Assembly: GCA_964415795.1 (NCBI GenBank)
Contig: CAYQBN010000007.1
Location: 14,546 to 78,545 of the forward strand
Direction of reading: 5' to 3'
Source of the DNA: an uncultured Spirochaetales bacterium
Lineage (GTDB): Bacteria; UBP6; UBA1177; JAKLFG01
Length of the DNA: 64,000 nucleotides
Under the pieces are notes generated by a model. It was not told the origin of the DNA and made no database searches. It saw nothing but the letters and a program-made list of their open reading frames with translations. The translations under genes and the position numbers were made by a program. Numbering within the stretch: position 1 is the first letter of the stretch; each line of letters starts with the position of its first letter. Positions 29,212 through 38,698 of this stretch are shown in pieces.

Positions 29212-30123
29212 TCAGCCGCCCATCAGCACTATGGCGATAAGCACCACCGCGATGGCGCCGAATTCGCGCCGCGTGGGTCTCTCGCCGAAGAGTGCCACGC
29301 CGCCCAGAGTGATCAGCGCGATGCTCCCGGCGCTGTAGAACGGGAATACGACCGATGCGTTCAGCATTGCGAAAGCCTGTATCAGGAAATAGCTCGAGAA
29401 CAGATTCGGTATCCCGACGGCGATACCGGCGACGAATTCTTTCATGCTCGGTCTGCCCCGTTCCAGAAAAAGGGCCGCCGTCGCGATGAGAAACGCGATA
29501 AAAAAAACGGTGAAGAGGAACAGTTCCTTGTACTGAGGCAGGGCGTACTGCTGAAAGACCTTGTTCGAAAGTTCGGCGGAGCCCACCGCGAGGAACATCA
29601 GAAGAAGACTGATGCTGACCCGACCGCACCCGTTTCCCTTGCCGCTCTGTGACAACGCGATCGCGACGAAGGTGAGGATGATGCCGCCCCACTGCGGCGC
29701 GGTCGGCCGTTCATGCCACAGCAGGACCGACACGAGGATGGGTATGAGTATGGCCGACTTCGAGAAGGCGCCGGTGATGCCGACGCCGCTTTCACGGATA
29801 CTGCGCTGAATGCCGATGAGGCCGAGGAAATAGAGCAGTCCCGACGGCATGCCCCAGAGGATGGCCCACGCGCTGCTGGCATCGGTCGAGAAGATGCCGC
29901 CGTCCGCGAAGACCCGTCCCGCCTCTGCGAAGAAGTTCCCGAAGATATCGCCCGAAGTTCGGCCGGGTACGAGCGCGCCGCCCGCGAGGATGACCGACAG
30001 AAGCGCCGCGGCGAGGTAGTTCGCCACGATGATGGGCATTCGGCGGTAGGAACGCGACTCGGCGAATTTCAGGATGAGCGCCACTGCGCTGCTCGACAGT
30101 ATGGCACAGAAGAGGAACAGCAT
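29212..30123 (-). CDS. DMT-superfamily (EamA-like) transporter
   Basis: Ten TM helices in two five-helix repeats. The start is taken at MLFLFCAIL (30123). Confidence 0.65.
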   Translation of the reverse strand: MLFLFCAILSSSAVALILKFAESRSYRRMPIIVANYLAAALLSVILAGGALVPGRTSGDIFGNFFAEAGRVFADGGIFSTDASSAWAILWGMPSGLLYFLGLIGIQRSIRESGVGITGAFSKSAILIPILVSVLLWHERPTAPQWGGIILTFVAIALSQSGKGNGCGRVSISLLLMFLAVGSAELSNKVFQQYALPQYKELFLFTVFFIAFLIATAALFLERGRPSMKEFVAGIAVGIPNLFSSYFLIQAFAMLNASVVFPFYSAGSIALITLGGVALFGERPTRREFGAIAVVLIAIVLMGG

Positions 30124-30235
30124 GCAGCAACGATAGCGGAACTTCCGTCTCGGGACAACTTTTCGCCAGTTTGACCGTCGCATCGTTTTCTGCTATGGTG
30201 CCTCGGCACATAAGAAAAACGGAGAATGACCGCCG

Positions 30236-30583
30236 ATGCCGAAGAAAGAGACCGAAGTGCTCTGCAAGATTATCTGCTCCCGCTGCGGCAAGGAGGATTT
30301 TGTCCCCTTCGTCGCCGACGGATCCCGCAACTACTACTGCAACGACTGTCTCCGCGCGTTCAACGCCGAAAAGAAGCGCGGCGTCGTCAAAGAGTGCATC
30401 GACGCCAAGGGGAACCTCCGTTTCGAGTTCATCTGCGATGTCTGTGAGAAGTTCCTCAAGGACCTCAAACCGCCGAAACGGGTCCGCGGACGCCTTGTCT
30501 GCGCCGAATGTGCCGAAAAGGAGCGGCGTGAACGCCGTTCAGCCTCCCGCAAACGGATCGTGATCGCAAAAAAAGAAGACTAG
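30236..30583 (+). CDS. small zinc-ribbon protein with four CxxC pairs and a basic tail
   Basis: 115 aa. Cys pairs at CKIIC/CSRCG, CNDC, CDVC and CAEC form two zinc ribbons. The C-terminus is RRERRSASRKRIVIAKKED. Confidence 0.45.
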   Translation: MPKKETEVLCKIICSRCGKEDFVPFVADGSRNYYCNDCLRAFNAEKKRGVVKECIDAKGNLRFEFICDVCEKFLKDLKPPKRVRGRLVCAECAEKERRERRSASRKRIVIAKKED

Positions 30584-30918
30584 CCGCGCACCTTGTGCGG
30601 CATGTCGTGCGGTATTTCCATCGATATCTCGACAAGCCCCTTGAAAACGCCGTTCTCGAACCACGGCGCCTGATAGATGAGCTTCTTCACGCCCTTCTTT
30701 TCTATCGTGTACACATTCGGTATCCGGCGCGTCATCATCTCGCGGATCTTTTCCCGCGATGCGGGCTGGTGGCAGTCGAACATGTCCTTCCCGACGAGCG
30801 GCGCGTTCTCCGGCGTCTCGAAGGTGCGCCGCGCCTTGTCATTCATGGCGACAATAATGCCGTTCTCGTCGCACACCGTTATCGCGGCACCGAATTCTTT
30901 CACCCAATCGGGCATCAT
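30580..30918 (-). CDS. stand-alone PAS-like domain protein
   Basis: 112 aa. The pattern AITVCDENGIIVAMNDKARRTF...GKDMFDCH...G.F.G.VEI reads as a single PAS fold. An ATGA overlap with the thyX-like gene stop suggests translational coupling. Confidence 0.4.
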   Translation of the reverse strand: MMPDWVKEFGAAITVCDENGIIVAMNDKARRTFETPENAPLVGKDMFDCHQPASREKIREMMTRRIPNVYTIEKKGVKKLIYQAPWFENGVFKGLVEISMEIPHDMPHKVRG

Positions 30919-32429
30919 GAGTTATTCTCCCCTTCAAAAATGGTATCACGGCGCCTCTCGAAATCGCTCTTGCCGCACAGCATCATGAGCGTGAACGGCG
31001 CTACCTTCTCAGCCTCCTCTCGCATACGCCTCGCCGTTTCACGGATATCCCACTGGGCATGCTCGTCCTCGCGAAGCGCCGAGAAGTGGTAGAGCTCCCG
31101 CGCGTTGAGCACAAGGAGCACCCGCCGCCGGTGAGCATTGGTAAGAATGTAATCTTTCTCTTCGGGGACCCTCTCGGCGAGCGTACGGTAAAGCTCTTCG
31201 CTTCGTTCGACCGCCGCAGAGAACTCTTTTTCCCTCCCGATCTCGACGATGTTCGGCGGCATCGTCACGCCGAGCCCGAGATCATAGTCTTGTACGATCT
31301 GGGTCGTCATACGGTGGCGTTTGAGTTGCGCGTAATTGGTGGCGCTCACGACGAGTTCGAAGGTGAACGAAACGGTCTCGAACGCCCGATCCACCTTATC
31401 CCAGCAGGCACGATGGGCAAGAGAAAGGCGTATGAGTTCACGCCGTTCCTCCGGCGGCATGGTCGCTACACGGGCCACCGCCGCCTCATAGGGACCACCT
31501 CCATAGGCGAAGAGGATCGCCGCGCAGAGTCGGCCATCGGGATCGGGGTCGTGCGTGACAAGCCGCACCGGCACATCGGAAGCGAACCCCAGACCCTGCG
31601 CGATCGTTACCTGTCGGCGGATCGTCTCCGGCCGTTCGCTATCGTAGGGCGTCGGTCGGGTATATTTGATGATGGAAGGCGACAGTGCCGCGACCTCACG
31701 GTAGAGCGCCTCGGCGAGGGCGCGTACCTCGCTGCGCCGGTCGGCACGGAGGCGCCGGAGTAGGTGCTCCAGTTCTCGCGCGTTCACCGTCATGCCGAAC
31801 TGCGTCGCGGTGGCGAGGCTTACCACATAGCGGGCATCCTCTTTCGCCCAGCCGTCCACCGTCCGTTCACCGTTCTTTTCAGCAAGACGGTGAGCATGCT
31901 TTTTGAAGAGGTGCTCACGGAGAGCCCGGTAGAGTGTCCGGTAGGTTTCGTTCTGAAACGCGACCGCCGCATGAAACTCTCGTCCCAGCCCCGTTGCGAT
32001 GATACCGGGCGGCGTCACGAAGTCGCCATCGAGGGTGATGTATCGCTGCGACTTCTCGGTGTAGGCGGCGAGCCGGAACTGCTGGACCGCCTCGGCGGCG
32101 AGGCGCGAGACACCGATGATGTCGAGATTGAAAACGGCATGTTCGGCAACTGACGCGTGGCCGAGTCCGAAGATGATCGTTTCGTTGGATTTGCGCGCCT
32201 TATCGGTCGCGGTGCGCGACTCGGCGCGCAACTGCTCGATGTCACGCGGATCGCGCGAAATGCGGGCATAGGCCGCCGAGAGCGTCTCGGGCGTCACATT
32301 GTCGGCCTCCCAGCGGGCACGATCCTTGAGATCCCTTAGTATCTCGGCATCAACATTGTATCCTGCCAGAACCACCTTCATACGGATCTCTCCCGTCGAA
32401 CGGCAAAGTATAGCGTACTGGCCCATCAA
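30915..32429 (-). CDS. tandem-domain ThyX-like protein (FAD-dependent thymidylate synthase family, two ThyX folds in one chain)
   Basis: The first half reads GLGHASVAEHAVFNLDIIGVSRLAAEAVQQFRLAAYTEKSQRY, which is ThyX-like but with RHR replaced by QFR. The second half retains RHRMTT and NAHRRRVLLVLNARELYHFSALR. It is 504 aa, about twice the ThyX size. Confidence 0.6.
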   Translation of the reverse strand: MMGQYAILCRSTGEIRMKVVLAGYNVDAEILRDLKDRARWEADNVTPETLSAAYARISRDPRDIEQLRAESRTATDKARKSNETIIFGLGHASVAEHAVFNLDIIGVSRLAAEAVQQFRLAAYTEKSQRYITLDGDFVTPPGIIATGLGREFHAAVAFQNETYRTLYRALREHLFKKHAHRLAEKNGERTVDGWAKEDARYVVSLATATQFGMTVNARELEHLLRRLRADRRSEVRALAEALYREVAALSPSIIKYTRPTPYDSERPETIRRQVTIAQGLGFASDVPVRLVTHDPDPDGRLCAAILFAYGGGPYEAAVARVATMPPEERRELIRLSLAHRACWDKVDRAFETVSFTFELVVSATNYAQLKRHRMTTQIVQDYDLGLGVTMPPNIVEIGREKEFSAAVERSEELYRTLAERVPEEKDYILTNAHRRRVLLVLNARELYHFSALREDEHAQWDIRETARRMREEAEKVAPFTLMMLCGKSDFERRRDTIFEGENNS

Positions 32430-32503
32430 CGCAAGGAAAGGCGTTCCTTTGTCCTTGACACGCTCTTGGGGGTCGCTTATAGTCGTTTCACGAAAAATAC
32501 CCT

Positions 32504-33448
32504 GTGGAGGATCCTATGGCGGAGCGGAAGTTCAGGTTGGTTACTCGAAGCGATTTCGACGGGCTCGTATGCGGCGCCATCTTCAAGGAATTGGGGCTCA
32601 TAGACGAAGTGCTCTTTGTTCATCCCAAGGACATGCAGGACGGCCTCATCAAGATAACCGATCGCGACATCACGACCAACCTCCCCTATGTCGAAGGGGT
32701 TCACCTCTGCTTCGACCATCACCTCAGCGAGACGATCCGCGTCACGATGCGCCGCTCGAACCACATCATAGACCCCGACGCGCCGAGCGCCTCGCGCGTC
32801 GTCTATAACCACTACCATGGCAAGAAGACCCTACCGCGCATTACTGAGGAGATGATGGCAGCGGTGGATAAAGCCGATGCCGCGCAGTTCACCATCAACG
32901 AGATACTCAACCCTGAGCGCTGGGTGCTTCTCAACTTCCTCATGGATCCGCGCACCGGCCTTGGACGGTTCCGCGACTTCCGCATCAGCAACTACGATCT
33001 CATGATGCTCCTCATTGACCTCGTCCGCGAAAGATCCATCGAGCAGATACTCGAACACCCCGATGTGAAGGAGCGCAGCGTCCTCTACTTCGAACACCAA
33101 GATCTTCACCGCGCGATGATGCAGCGCAACGCCAAGGTGAGCCGTAACCTCGTCAAAGTGGACCTCACCCGCGAGACGGTCATCTATGCCGGGAACCGTT
33201 TCGTCATCTACGCGCTCTTCCCCTACTGTAACATCAGCCTCACGAAGATGTGGGGGGTGCGGAAAGAAAAGGTCGTCTTCAGCGTCGGCAAATCCATATT
33301 CAACCGCACCTCGAAGACGAACATCGGAGAACTCATGCTCAAGTATGGGGGCGGTGGACATCGCAACGCCGGGACCTGTCAGATAGAGCCGGAACGGGCC
33401 GAAGCCGTCGAGAAGGAGATCGTCGAGGCGATACTGAAGGACGGTTGA
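32504..33448 (+). CDS. DHH-family phosphoesterase (NrnA/exopolyphosphatase-related)
   Basis: DHH motifs SDFDGLVCGAIF and FDHHLSE are present. The C-terminal region is DHHA1-like. Confidence 0.6.
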   Translation: MEDPMAERKFRLVTRSDFDGLVCGAIFKELGLIDEVLFVHPKDMQDGLIKITDRDITTNLPYVEGVHLCFDHHLSETIRVTMRRSNHIIDPDAPSASRVVYNHYHGKKTLPRITEEMMAAVDKADAAQFTINEILNPERWVLLNFLMDPRTGLGRFRDFRISNYDLMMLLIDLVRERSIEQILEHPDVKERSVLYFEHQDLHRAMMQRNAKVSRNLVKVDLTRETVIYAGNRFVIYALFPYCNISLTKMWGVRKEKVVFSVGKSIFNRTSKTNIGELMLKYGGGGHRNAGTCQIEPERAEAVEKEIVEAILKDG

Positions 33449-33528
33449 TTCGCGTCGCTGGGAATAACAGGACGAGATTCGTTGTTTCTACGCTTGTAGT
33501 TTAGTTACGCAAGAGAGGGAGCACCACG

Positions 33529-34506
33529 ATGACCACCGCGACACTCACCGAACAGATAAAGCAGGAAGCAGCCAAGATACGCGCCTTGAAAAGCGAGATA
33601 CAGAAGATCATCGTCGGGCAGGACGAGATGGTGGACGCCCTCATCATGGGCATCATCGCCGACGGCCACATCCTTCTGGAGGGCGTTCCCGGCCTCGCCA
33701 AAACGACCAGCGTGCGTGCCTTCGCAGCGGCGTCCGACCTCGAGTTCAAGAGGATACAGTTCACGCCCGATCTGCTTCCCGCCGACATCATGGGAAGCCG
33801 CATCTTCAACATGGAGAAGCGCGAGTTCGAGGTGAAGACCGGTGTCATCTTCGCCAATGTCATCCTCGCCGACGAGATAAACCGCGCCCCGGCAAAGGTG
33901 CAGTCGGCGCTTCTCGAGGCAATGCAGGAGCGGCAGGTGACGATCGGCGACAAGACCTTCCCGCTTCCCGATCCGTTCATCGTGCTCGCGACCCAGAACC
34001 CCATTGAGCAAGAGGGCACCTATCCGCTTCCCGAGGCGCAGGTAGACCGGTTCATGTTCAAGGTGCTCATCAGCTATCCTTCGCGCGAAGAGGAGATGCG
34101 CATCATCGAACGGCACGAACGGCGTGAGTTCGATCAGCGACTGGCCAAGATCGTGAATCGCGAGACGATCAAAACATGGCGCACCATCGTCGACAACCTT
34201 TACACCGACGAGCGGATCCGCCGGTATGCCGTCTCGCTCGTTTTCGAGACCCGCGAGGCGCGAAAGAACGATCTGCGGAACCTCATCGAGGTCGGGGCGA
34301 GCCCCCGCGCGAGCATCTACCTCGTACTGGCCGCCCGCATCCGCGCTTTCATGGAAGGGCGCGCCTTCGTGACCCCCGACGATGTCAAAGAGGTCGCCTA
34401 TCCGGTGCTGCGCCACCGTATCATCCCGAGTTTCGAGGCAGAGGCCGAGAAACTTTCTACCGACGAGATCATCCGTCGCGTCCTCGAACAGGTCGAAGTG
34501 CCCTGA
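33529..34506 (+). CDS. MoxR-family AAA+ ATPase
   Basis: Walker A GVPGLAKTT, Walker B ILADEINRA, and PAKVQSALLEAMQERQVTI. Confidence 0.9.
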   Translation: MTTATLTEQIKQEAAKIRALKSEIQKIIVGQDEMVDALIMGIIADGHILLEGVPGLAKTTSVRAFAAASDLEFKRIQFTPDLLPADIMGSRIFNMEKREFEVKTGVIFANVILADEINRAPAKVQSALLEAMQERQVTIGDKTFPLPDPFIVLATQNPIEQEGTYPLPEAQVDRFMFKVLISYPSREEEMRIIERHERREFDQRLAKIVNRETIKTWRTIVDNLYTDERIRRYAVSLVFETREARKNDLRNLIEVGASPRASIYLVLAARIRAFMEGRAFVTPDDVKEVAYPVLRHRIIPSFEAEAEKLSTDEIIRRVLEQVEVP

Positions 34507-34511
34507 GCATC

Positions 34512-35375
34512 ATGCTGCAGGAAGAACTCCTCAAACAAATACGCCTCATCGACCTCAGGGTCCGTCGGCAGGTCGAATCGTCCCTGCAGGGGTCCTACCA
34601 CTCGCTCTTCAAGGGACATGGACTCGAATTTCAAGAGGTGCGCGAGTACGCCGACGGCGAGGATGCGCGGCTCATCGACTGGAATGTAACGGCGCGCATG
34701 GCAAAACCGTTCGTGCGTGTCTATCGGGAAGAACGCGAACTGACGGTGCTCGTCATCGTGGACATCTCGGCTTCGACCCGTTCCGGGCGCGCGTGGTCGG
34801 CGCGCGAGGTCATGGCGACGCTCGGCGCCGCACTCGCCTTTTCGGCGATACGCAACGGCGACAAGGCTGGATTGCTCCTTTTCAGCGACCGCATCGAGGA
34901 ATACATCCCGCCGCGCCGCGGCCGCAACCATCTTCTCACCATCATTCGGGCGCTCCTTGCCACGACGCCTCACGGGAAAGAGACGCATCCTGATGTCGCG
35001 TTCCGCTTCGTCACCAAGGCGCTCAAGAAACGGTCGCTTCTCTTCTTTCTTTCCGACATGCAGTTCCCCGGGCTTCCAGAGAGCGCTGCCCTTGCCGTGC
35101 GCCGGCACGAGATGATCCCCATCGCCGTCTTCGATCGTCTCGACTACGACACATTCCCTTGGGGAGCGGTCCGGGTCCGCGATCCCGAGCGGAACGGCTC
35201 CCGCATCGTTGACTTCGCTGCGGCTGCGGCATCGTCGTGGCAACGGTTCCGAGAGGACAAGAACGATGCGTTCCGTCGTCTCGACGCGCCTCCCCTGTGG
35301 GTCGAGAATCGTCCCGACTTCATCAACGACCTCGTCGTGGGATTCAAGCGGCTCGCCCGGGAGAGACGACGATGA
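34512..35375 (+). CDS. DUF58-family protein (MoxR partner, VWA-like fold)
   Basis: FQEVREYADGEDARLIDWNVTAR...LTVLVIVDISAST is the DUF58 signature. It starts 6 nt after the moxR stop. Confidence 0.8.
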   Translation: MLQEELLKQIRLIDLRVRRQVESSLQGSYHSLFKGHGLEFQEVREYADGEDARLIDWNVTARMAKPFVRVYREERELTVLVIVDISASTRSGRAWSAREVMATLGAALAFSAIRNGDKAGLLLFSDRIEEYIPPRRGRNHLLTIIRALLATTPHGKETHPDVAFRFVTKALKKRSLLFFLSDMQFPGLPESAALAVRRHEMIPIAVFDRLDYDTFPWGAVRVRDPERNGSRIVDFAAAAASSWQRFREDKNDAFRRLDAPPLWVENRPDFINDLVVGFKRLARERRR

Positions 35376-36241
35376 GGCGCGCGGCACTCGCGAACATCTT
35401 CCTTCTTCTCGCCGCCTTCGCGATCCACGCCGAAACACTGACCCCTACCCTCGAGAAAAGTACGCTCTTCTTCGGCGAACCGGTGACGCTCCTCATCCCG
35501 GTCGCCCCCGGGGAAACGCTTCGCGCCACCGTAAAAGAAGAGGACAAGAACTTCGCCGTCATTCGTACCGAACCAGCTGATGGAAAGATACGCATCGTCC
35601 TCTCGGCGCTCGAGACCGGATCATTCACGACGCCGCCCCTCATCCTCTTTGTCGATGGGAGATCCTACGAAATCGCACCGGTCGCCGTGACCGTCACCCC
35701 CAATACGACCGAGGCCGACACGAGCCTCCGCGATATCAAGCCGCCGGTGAAGGCCTTCGAGACCGACTATACGCTCCTGTGGGTGCTCGGGGCGATCACC
35801 GTCGTCGCCCTTCTCCTGTTCCTGTTCTGGCGCCTCTCGAAACGACGGCGGCGCGAAGCGACGATCTCGGCGAGCGAGAAGACCCCGTACCAAGTGGCCC
35901 TCGAGTACCGGCGCCGTGCTGAACAGCAACTTCAGGAGATGGACTACGAGGCCTTCGCCGACACGGTGACGGCGGGATTGCGCCATTACCTTGAACTCGT
36001 GAAACACCGTCCCTTCCTCGAGATGACGACGGGCGAGATACGGCGTGTCCTCAAGAAAACCGATATCTCGGCCGAAGAGGCGGAGCGGATCGTCGCCTTC
36101 CTCTCCGATGCCGACCGCTTCAAGTACGCCGACGAGCCCCTTTCGAGCGACCGCTTTTCGGCTCTTCTCGACGAGTTCTCTCGCATCGTGGACAAGATCG
36201 AACGAACGCGGAGCGTCTCGACCCTGCCGGGGAACGGCTAA
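35372..36241 (+). CDS. hypothetical bitopic membrane protein (third gene of the MoxR/DUF58 module)
   Basis: Starts at ATG 35372, overlapping the DUF58 stop (ATGA). It has a signal peptide MRRAALANIFLLLAAFAIHA, a periplasmic domain of about 120 aa, a TM helix WVLGAITVVALLLFLFW, and a cytoplasmic domain of about 140 aa. Confidence 0.45.
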   Translation: MRRAALANIFLLLAAFAIHAETLTPTLEKSTLFFGEPVTLLIPVAPGETLRATVKEEDKNFAVIRTEPADGKIRIVLSALETGSFTTPPLILFVDGRSYEIAPVAVTVTPNTTEADTSLRDIKPPVKAFETDYTLLWVLGAITVVALLLFLFWRLSKRRRREATISASEKTPYQVALEYRRRAEQQLQEMDYEAFADTVTAGLRHYLELVKHRPFLEMTTGEIRRVLKKTDISAEEAERIVAFLSDADRFKYADEPLSSDRFSALLDEFSRIVDKIERTRSVSTLPGNG

Positions 36242-37512
36242 CCGTCCTTCTGACACAGGCGAGCAAGGTCCTCGAAAAAGGCAGGGTACGATTTGGCGAC
36301 CGCGGAGGCGCCGCGTATCGTGATCGGGCCAAACCGAAGCGCCGCTATCGCCACCGCCATGGCGATGCGGTGATCACCACGGGCATCGAGGGTTACCGTT
36401 CCATTGTTTGGCCGCACCGCGAGTGACGGAATCACAAGGTCATTTCCTTCTATTTGTATCTGTGCTCCCATTTTGGAAAACTCTTCTTGAAGCACCGTCG
36501 CACGATCGCTCTCTTTGTGGCGAAGGCGGGAAACGCCGGTGAGCCGCGAGACGCCGGAAGCAGTGAGCGCAAGCGCCGTGAGCACGGGGAAAAGGTCGGG
36601 CGCATCGGTGAGATCGACAGTGAATGAACGGAGCGGCCGCGCGGTGATGGTAATCTTTCCCTGCCCGCATTCCACCCGAGCACCTGCCTCACGCAACACC
36701 TCGAGCACGAGGCTGTCAGCCTGTCGAGAAGGAATCGAAAGCCCCTGCACGGTGACAGTTCCCGCGACCGCACCTGCCACGAGCAACGCCGCCGCGCTCG
36801 ACCAATCACCTTCCACCACATAGTGACCGGGCCGGTACCGCTGGCCTCCCGGAATGATGAACCGATCGCCCTCTTCCCATAGTACGGTGATACCGAACGA
36901 GGCGAGGACATCGAGAGTCATCGCCACATAGGGGCGGCTCGTGAGACCGGCGACCGTAAGTACCGAATCTTTCTCGGCACAGGGAAGCGCCATGAGAAGG
37001 CCGGTGAGCCCCTGAGAACTGATGCTTCCATCCACCACGGCTTCTCCGCCTCGCAACGGACCATGCACGGTGATCGGCGGAAAACCGCCGGCCGTCTCGC
37101 ACCGGGCGCCGAGCGTCGCAAGCGGCGCCACCAGCATCGAAACCGGTCGTTTGAGAAGCGATCCCTCTGCAGTAAGCCGCACCGATTGGTCGGCAAGCGC
37201 AGCGATTGGAGCGAACATCCGGAGTGCCAGTCCCGACTCACCACAGTGAACGGGCGTACCCGAGGGGACAAGACCGCCACGTATGACAAGCCTCTCCTCC
37301 TGATGAGATATGACCCGTGCACCGAGGGCGACCGCAGCACCGAGCGCCGCGCGCGTATCGTCACACAGGCCCCCGGCGGTTAGTACTGTCTCGCCGGCGG
37401 CAAGAAGCGCCGCCGCGGTCGCGCGCTGAAAGTAGCTCTTCGAGGGGGGAGCAGTAACGGCGCCGTTGACCGTCCCCGGAACAATAACCACCGGAGTATC
37501 GTCCACGCTCAT
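36238..37512 (-). CDS. aroA: 3-phosphoshikimate 1-carboxyvinyltransferase (EPSP synthase)
   Basis: 424 aa. PPSKSYFQRATAAALLAAGETVL corresponds to the LPGSKS...R motif. The two-domain enolpyruvyl-transferase layout is present. Confidence 0.8.
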   Translation of the reverse strand: MSVDDTPVVIVPGTVNGAVTAPPSKSYFQRATAAALLAAGETVLTAGGLCDDTRAALGAAVALGARVISHQEERLVIRGGLVPSGTPVHCGESGLALRMFAPIAALADQSVRLTAEGSLLKRPVSMLVAPLATLGARCETAGGFPPITVHGPLRGGEAVVDGSISSQGLTGLLMALPCAEKDSVLTVAGLTSRPYVAMTLDVLASFGITVLWEEGDRFIIPGGQRYRPGHYVVEGDWSSAAALLVAGAVAGTVTVQGLSIPSRQADSLVLEVLREAGARVECGQGKITITARPLRSFTVDLTDAPDLFPVLTALALTASGVSRLTGVSRLRHKESDRATVLQEEFSKMGAQIQIEGNDLVIPSLAVRPNNGTVTLDARGDHRIAMAVAIAALRFGPITIRGASAVAKSYPAFFEDLARLCQKDG

Positions 37513-37521
37513 GACGCCCCG

Positions 37522-38574
37522 CTACTCGGTAACGACAGTAAACGGGCACTGAGGATCGTCTTCAAGAGGATCCCCTCCCAGTGCCGCGACGAGTGCCCGA
37601 CATCCGACACACCCTTCATAGCCGCATTTTCCACACGATTTTCCCTTCAATCGGGACACAACGACCATCGGATCATAGGTGGCGAGCCGGTCGAGCACCA
37701 CCGTCATCGGATCGCGGGGAATTTGCGCCACCGCATGGGGAAAACGCCGACACGGGTACACGGAACCGTCAGGCATGAGCGCCATCGAAGAGCGGCCGAG
37801 ATTGCAGAGCGCTCCGCGGAGCGGCTCCTCGCCGCTAGCGGGGTTGGTAGTAACCCAAAAGGCACGGTAGGGCAGAAGGTCACGCCACTCGGCGTCGCTG
37901 CCGGTCTCGCGGCAAATCGCTTCAAGCACCGCGCGCCACTCTAGCGGTCGGAGAACCTGCGCCACATCACGGCCCTGAGCAAGCGGCACATAGCGCTCGA
38001 AGATGACGCCCGCGACGCCGAGCGACCGGGCAAGCGCGCAGATCCCCGGAACGGCATCGGCGTTCGCGCGTTGGAGCGTCGCCATGAGGACGACCGGTTT
38101 TCCCGTCGCCACGAAGCGAGGGATGTTCTCCATCGCCGCAGTAAAGTGGCCGACGCCACGGATCGCATCGTTCACTGTCGGCTCATGCGACTCGAGAGAT
38201 ATTTTCATCATCGAAAGACGATCGAGCGACGTAATACCGCGCAGGACGCCATCGTCGCATACGGTCCCATTGGTGATGATGTTGAGTTCGCCGAGGTTCG
38301 AAAAGCGAGACAGAGCCGCAAGGAGATCGAAGATGCCGGGAAAGACGAGCGGCTCACCGCCGGTCACATTCACCGACACTTCTCCGGAAAAGAAGGAGAA
38401 GACATGCTCGGCCATGGCAACGAGCGCCTGCAGTGACGGCTCCCGCGACGCATCGAAGCGTTCCTGATAGCAGTGCCGGCACCGCCGGTTACAGCGGTCG
38501 GTAATATGCCACTGAAAACCGAACGATCCTTCTTCCTTCGGCCAGTTCTCCCGACACACCGGTACATGCTCCAT
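37522..38574 (-). CDS. radical SAM / SPASM-domain enzyme (anSME-like maturase family)
   Basis: WHITDRCNRRCRHCYQE is the CxxxCxxC site. The C-terminal SPASM cluster reads CGKCGYEGCVGCRAL...DDPQCPF. The start is taken at the ATG at 38574. The six-frame ORF extends to 38742. Confidence 0.7.
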   Translation of the reverse strand: MEHVPVCRENWPKEEGSFGFQWHITDRCNRRCRHCYQERFDASREPSLQALVAMAEHVFSFFSGEVSVNVTGGEPLVFPGIFDLLAALSRFSNLGELNIITNGTVCDDGVLRGITSLDRLSMMKISLESHEPTVNDAIRGVGHFTAAMENIPRFVATGKPVVLMATLQRANADAVPGICALARSLGVAGVIFERYVPLAQGRDVAQVLRPLEWRAVLEAICRETGSDAEWRDLLPYRAFWVTTNPASGEEPLRGALCNLGRSSMALMPDGSVYPCRRFPHAVAQIPRDPMTVVLDRLATYDPMVVVSRLKGKSCGKCGYEGCVGCRALVAALGGDPLEDDPQCPFTVVTE

Positions 38575-38698
38575 TTCAGCCAGTCGTTCACGGCGCTTAC
38601 TGTAACGCGAGAACACACAAAAGCAACCACCCCGATGGACCATCCGAGGAAGATTTTTTGACAACAGCACTGTTTTTCGGAAAATAAAACATTGTCTG

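Noticed and set aside
34398-35438. 346-aa minus-strand ORF
   Set aside because: Antisense to the DUF58 gene and the membrane protein gene.
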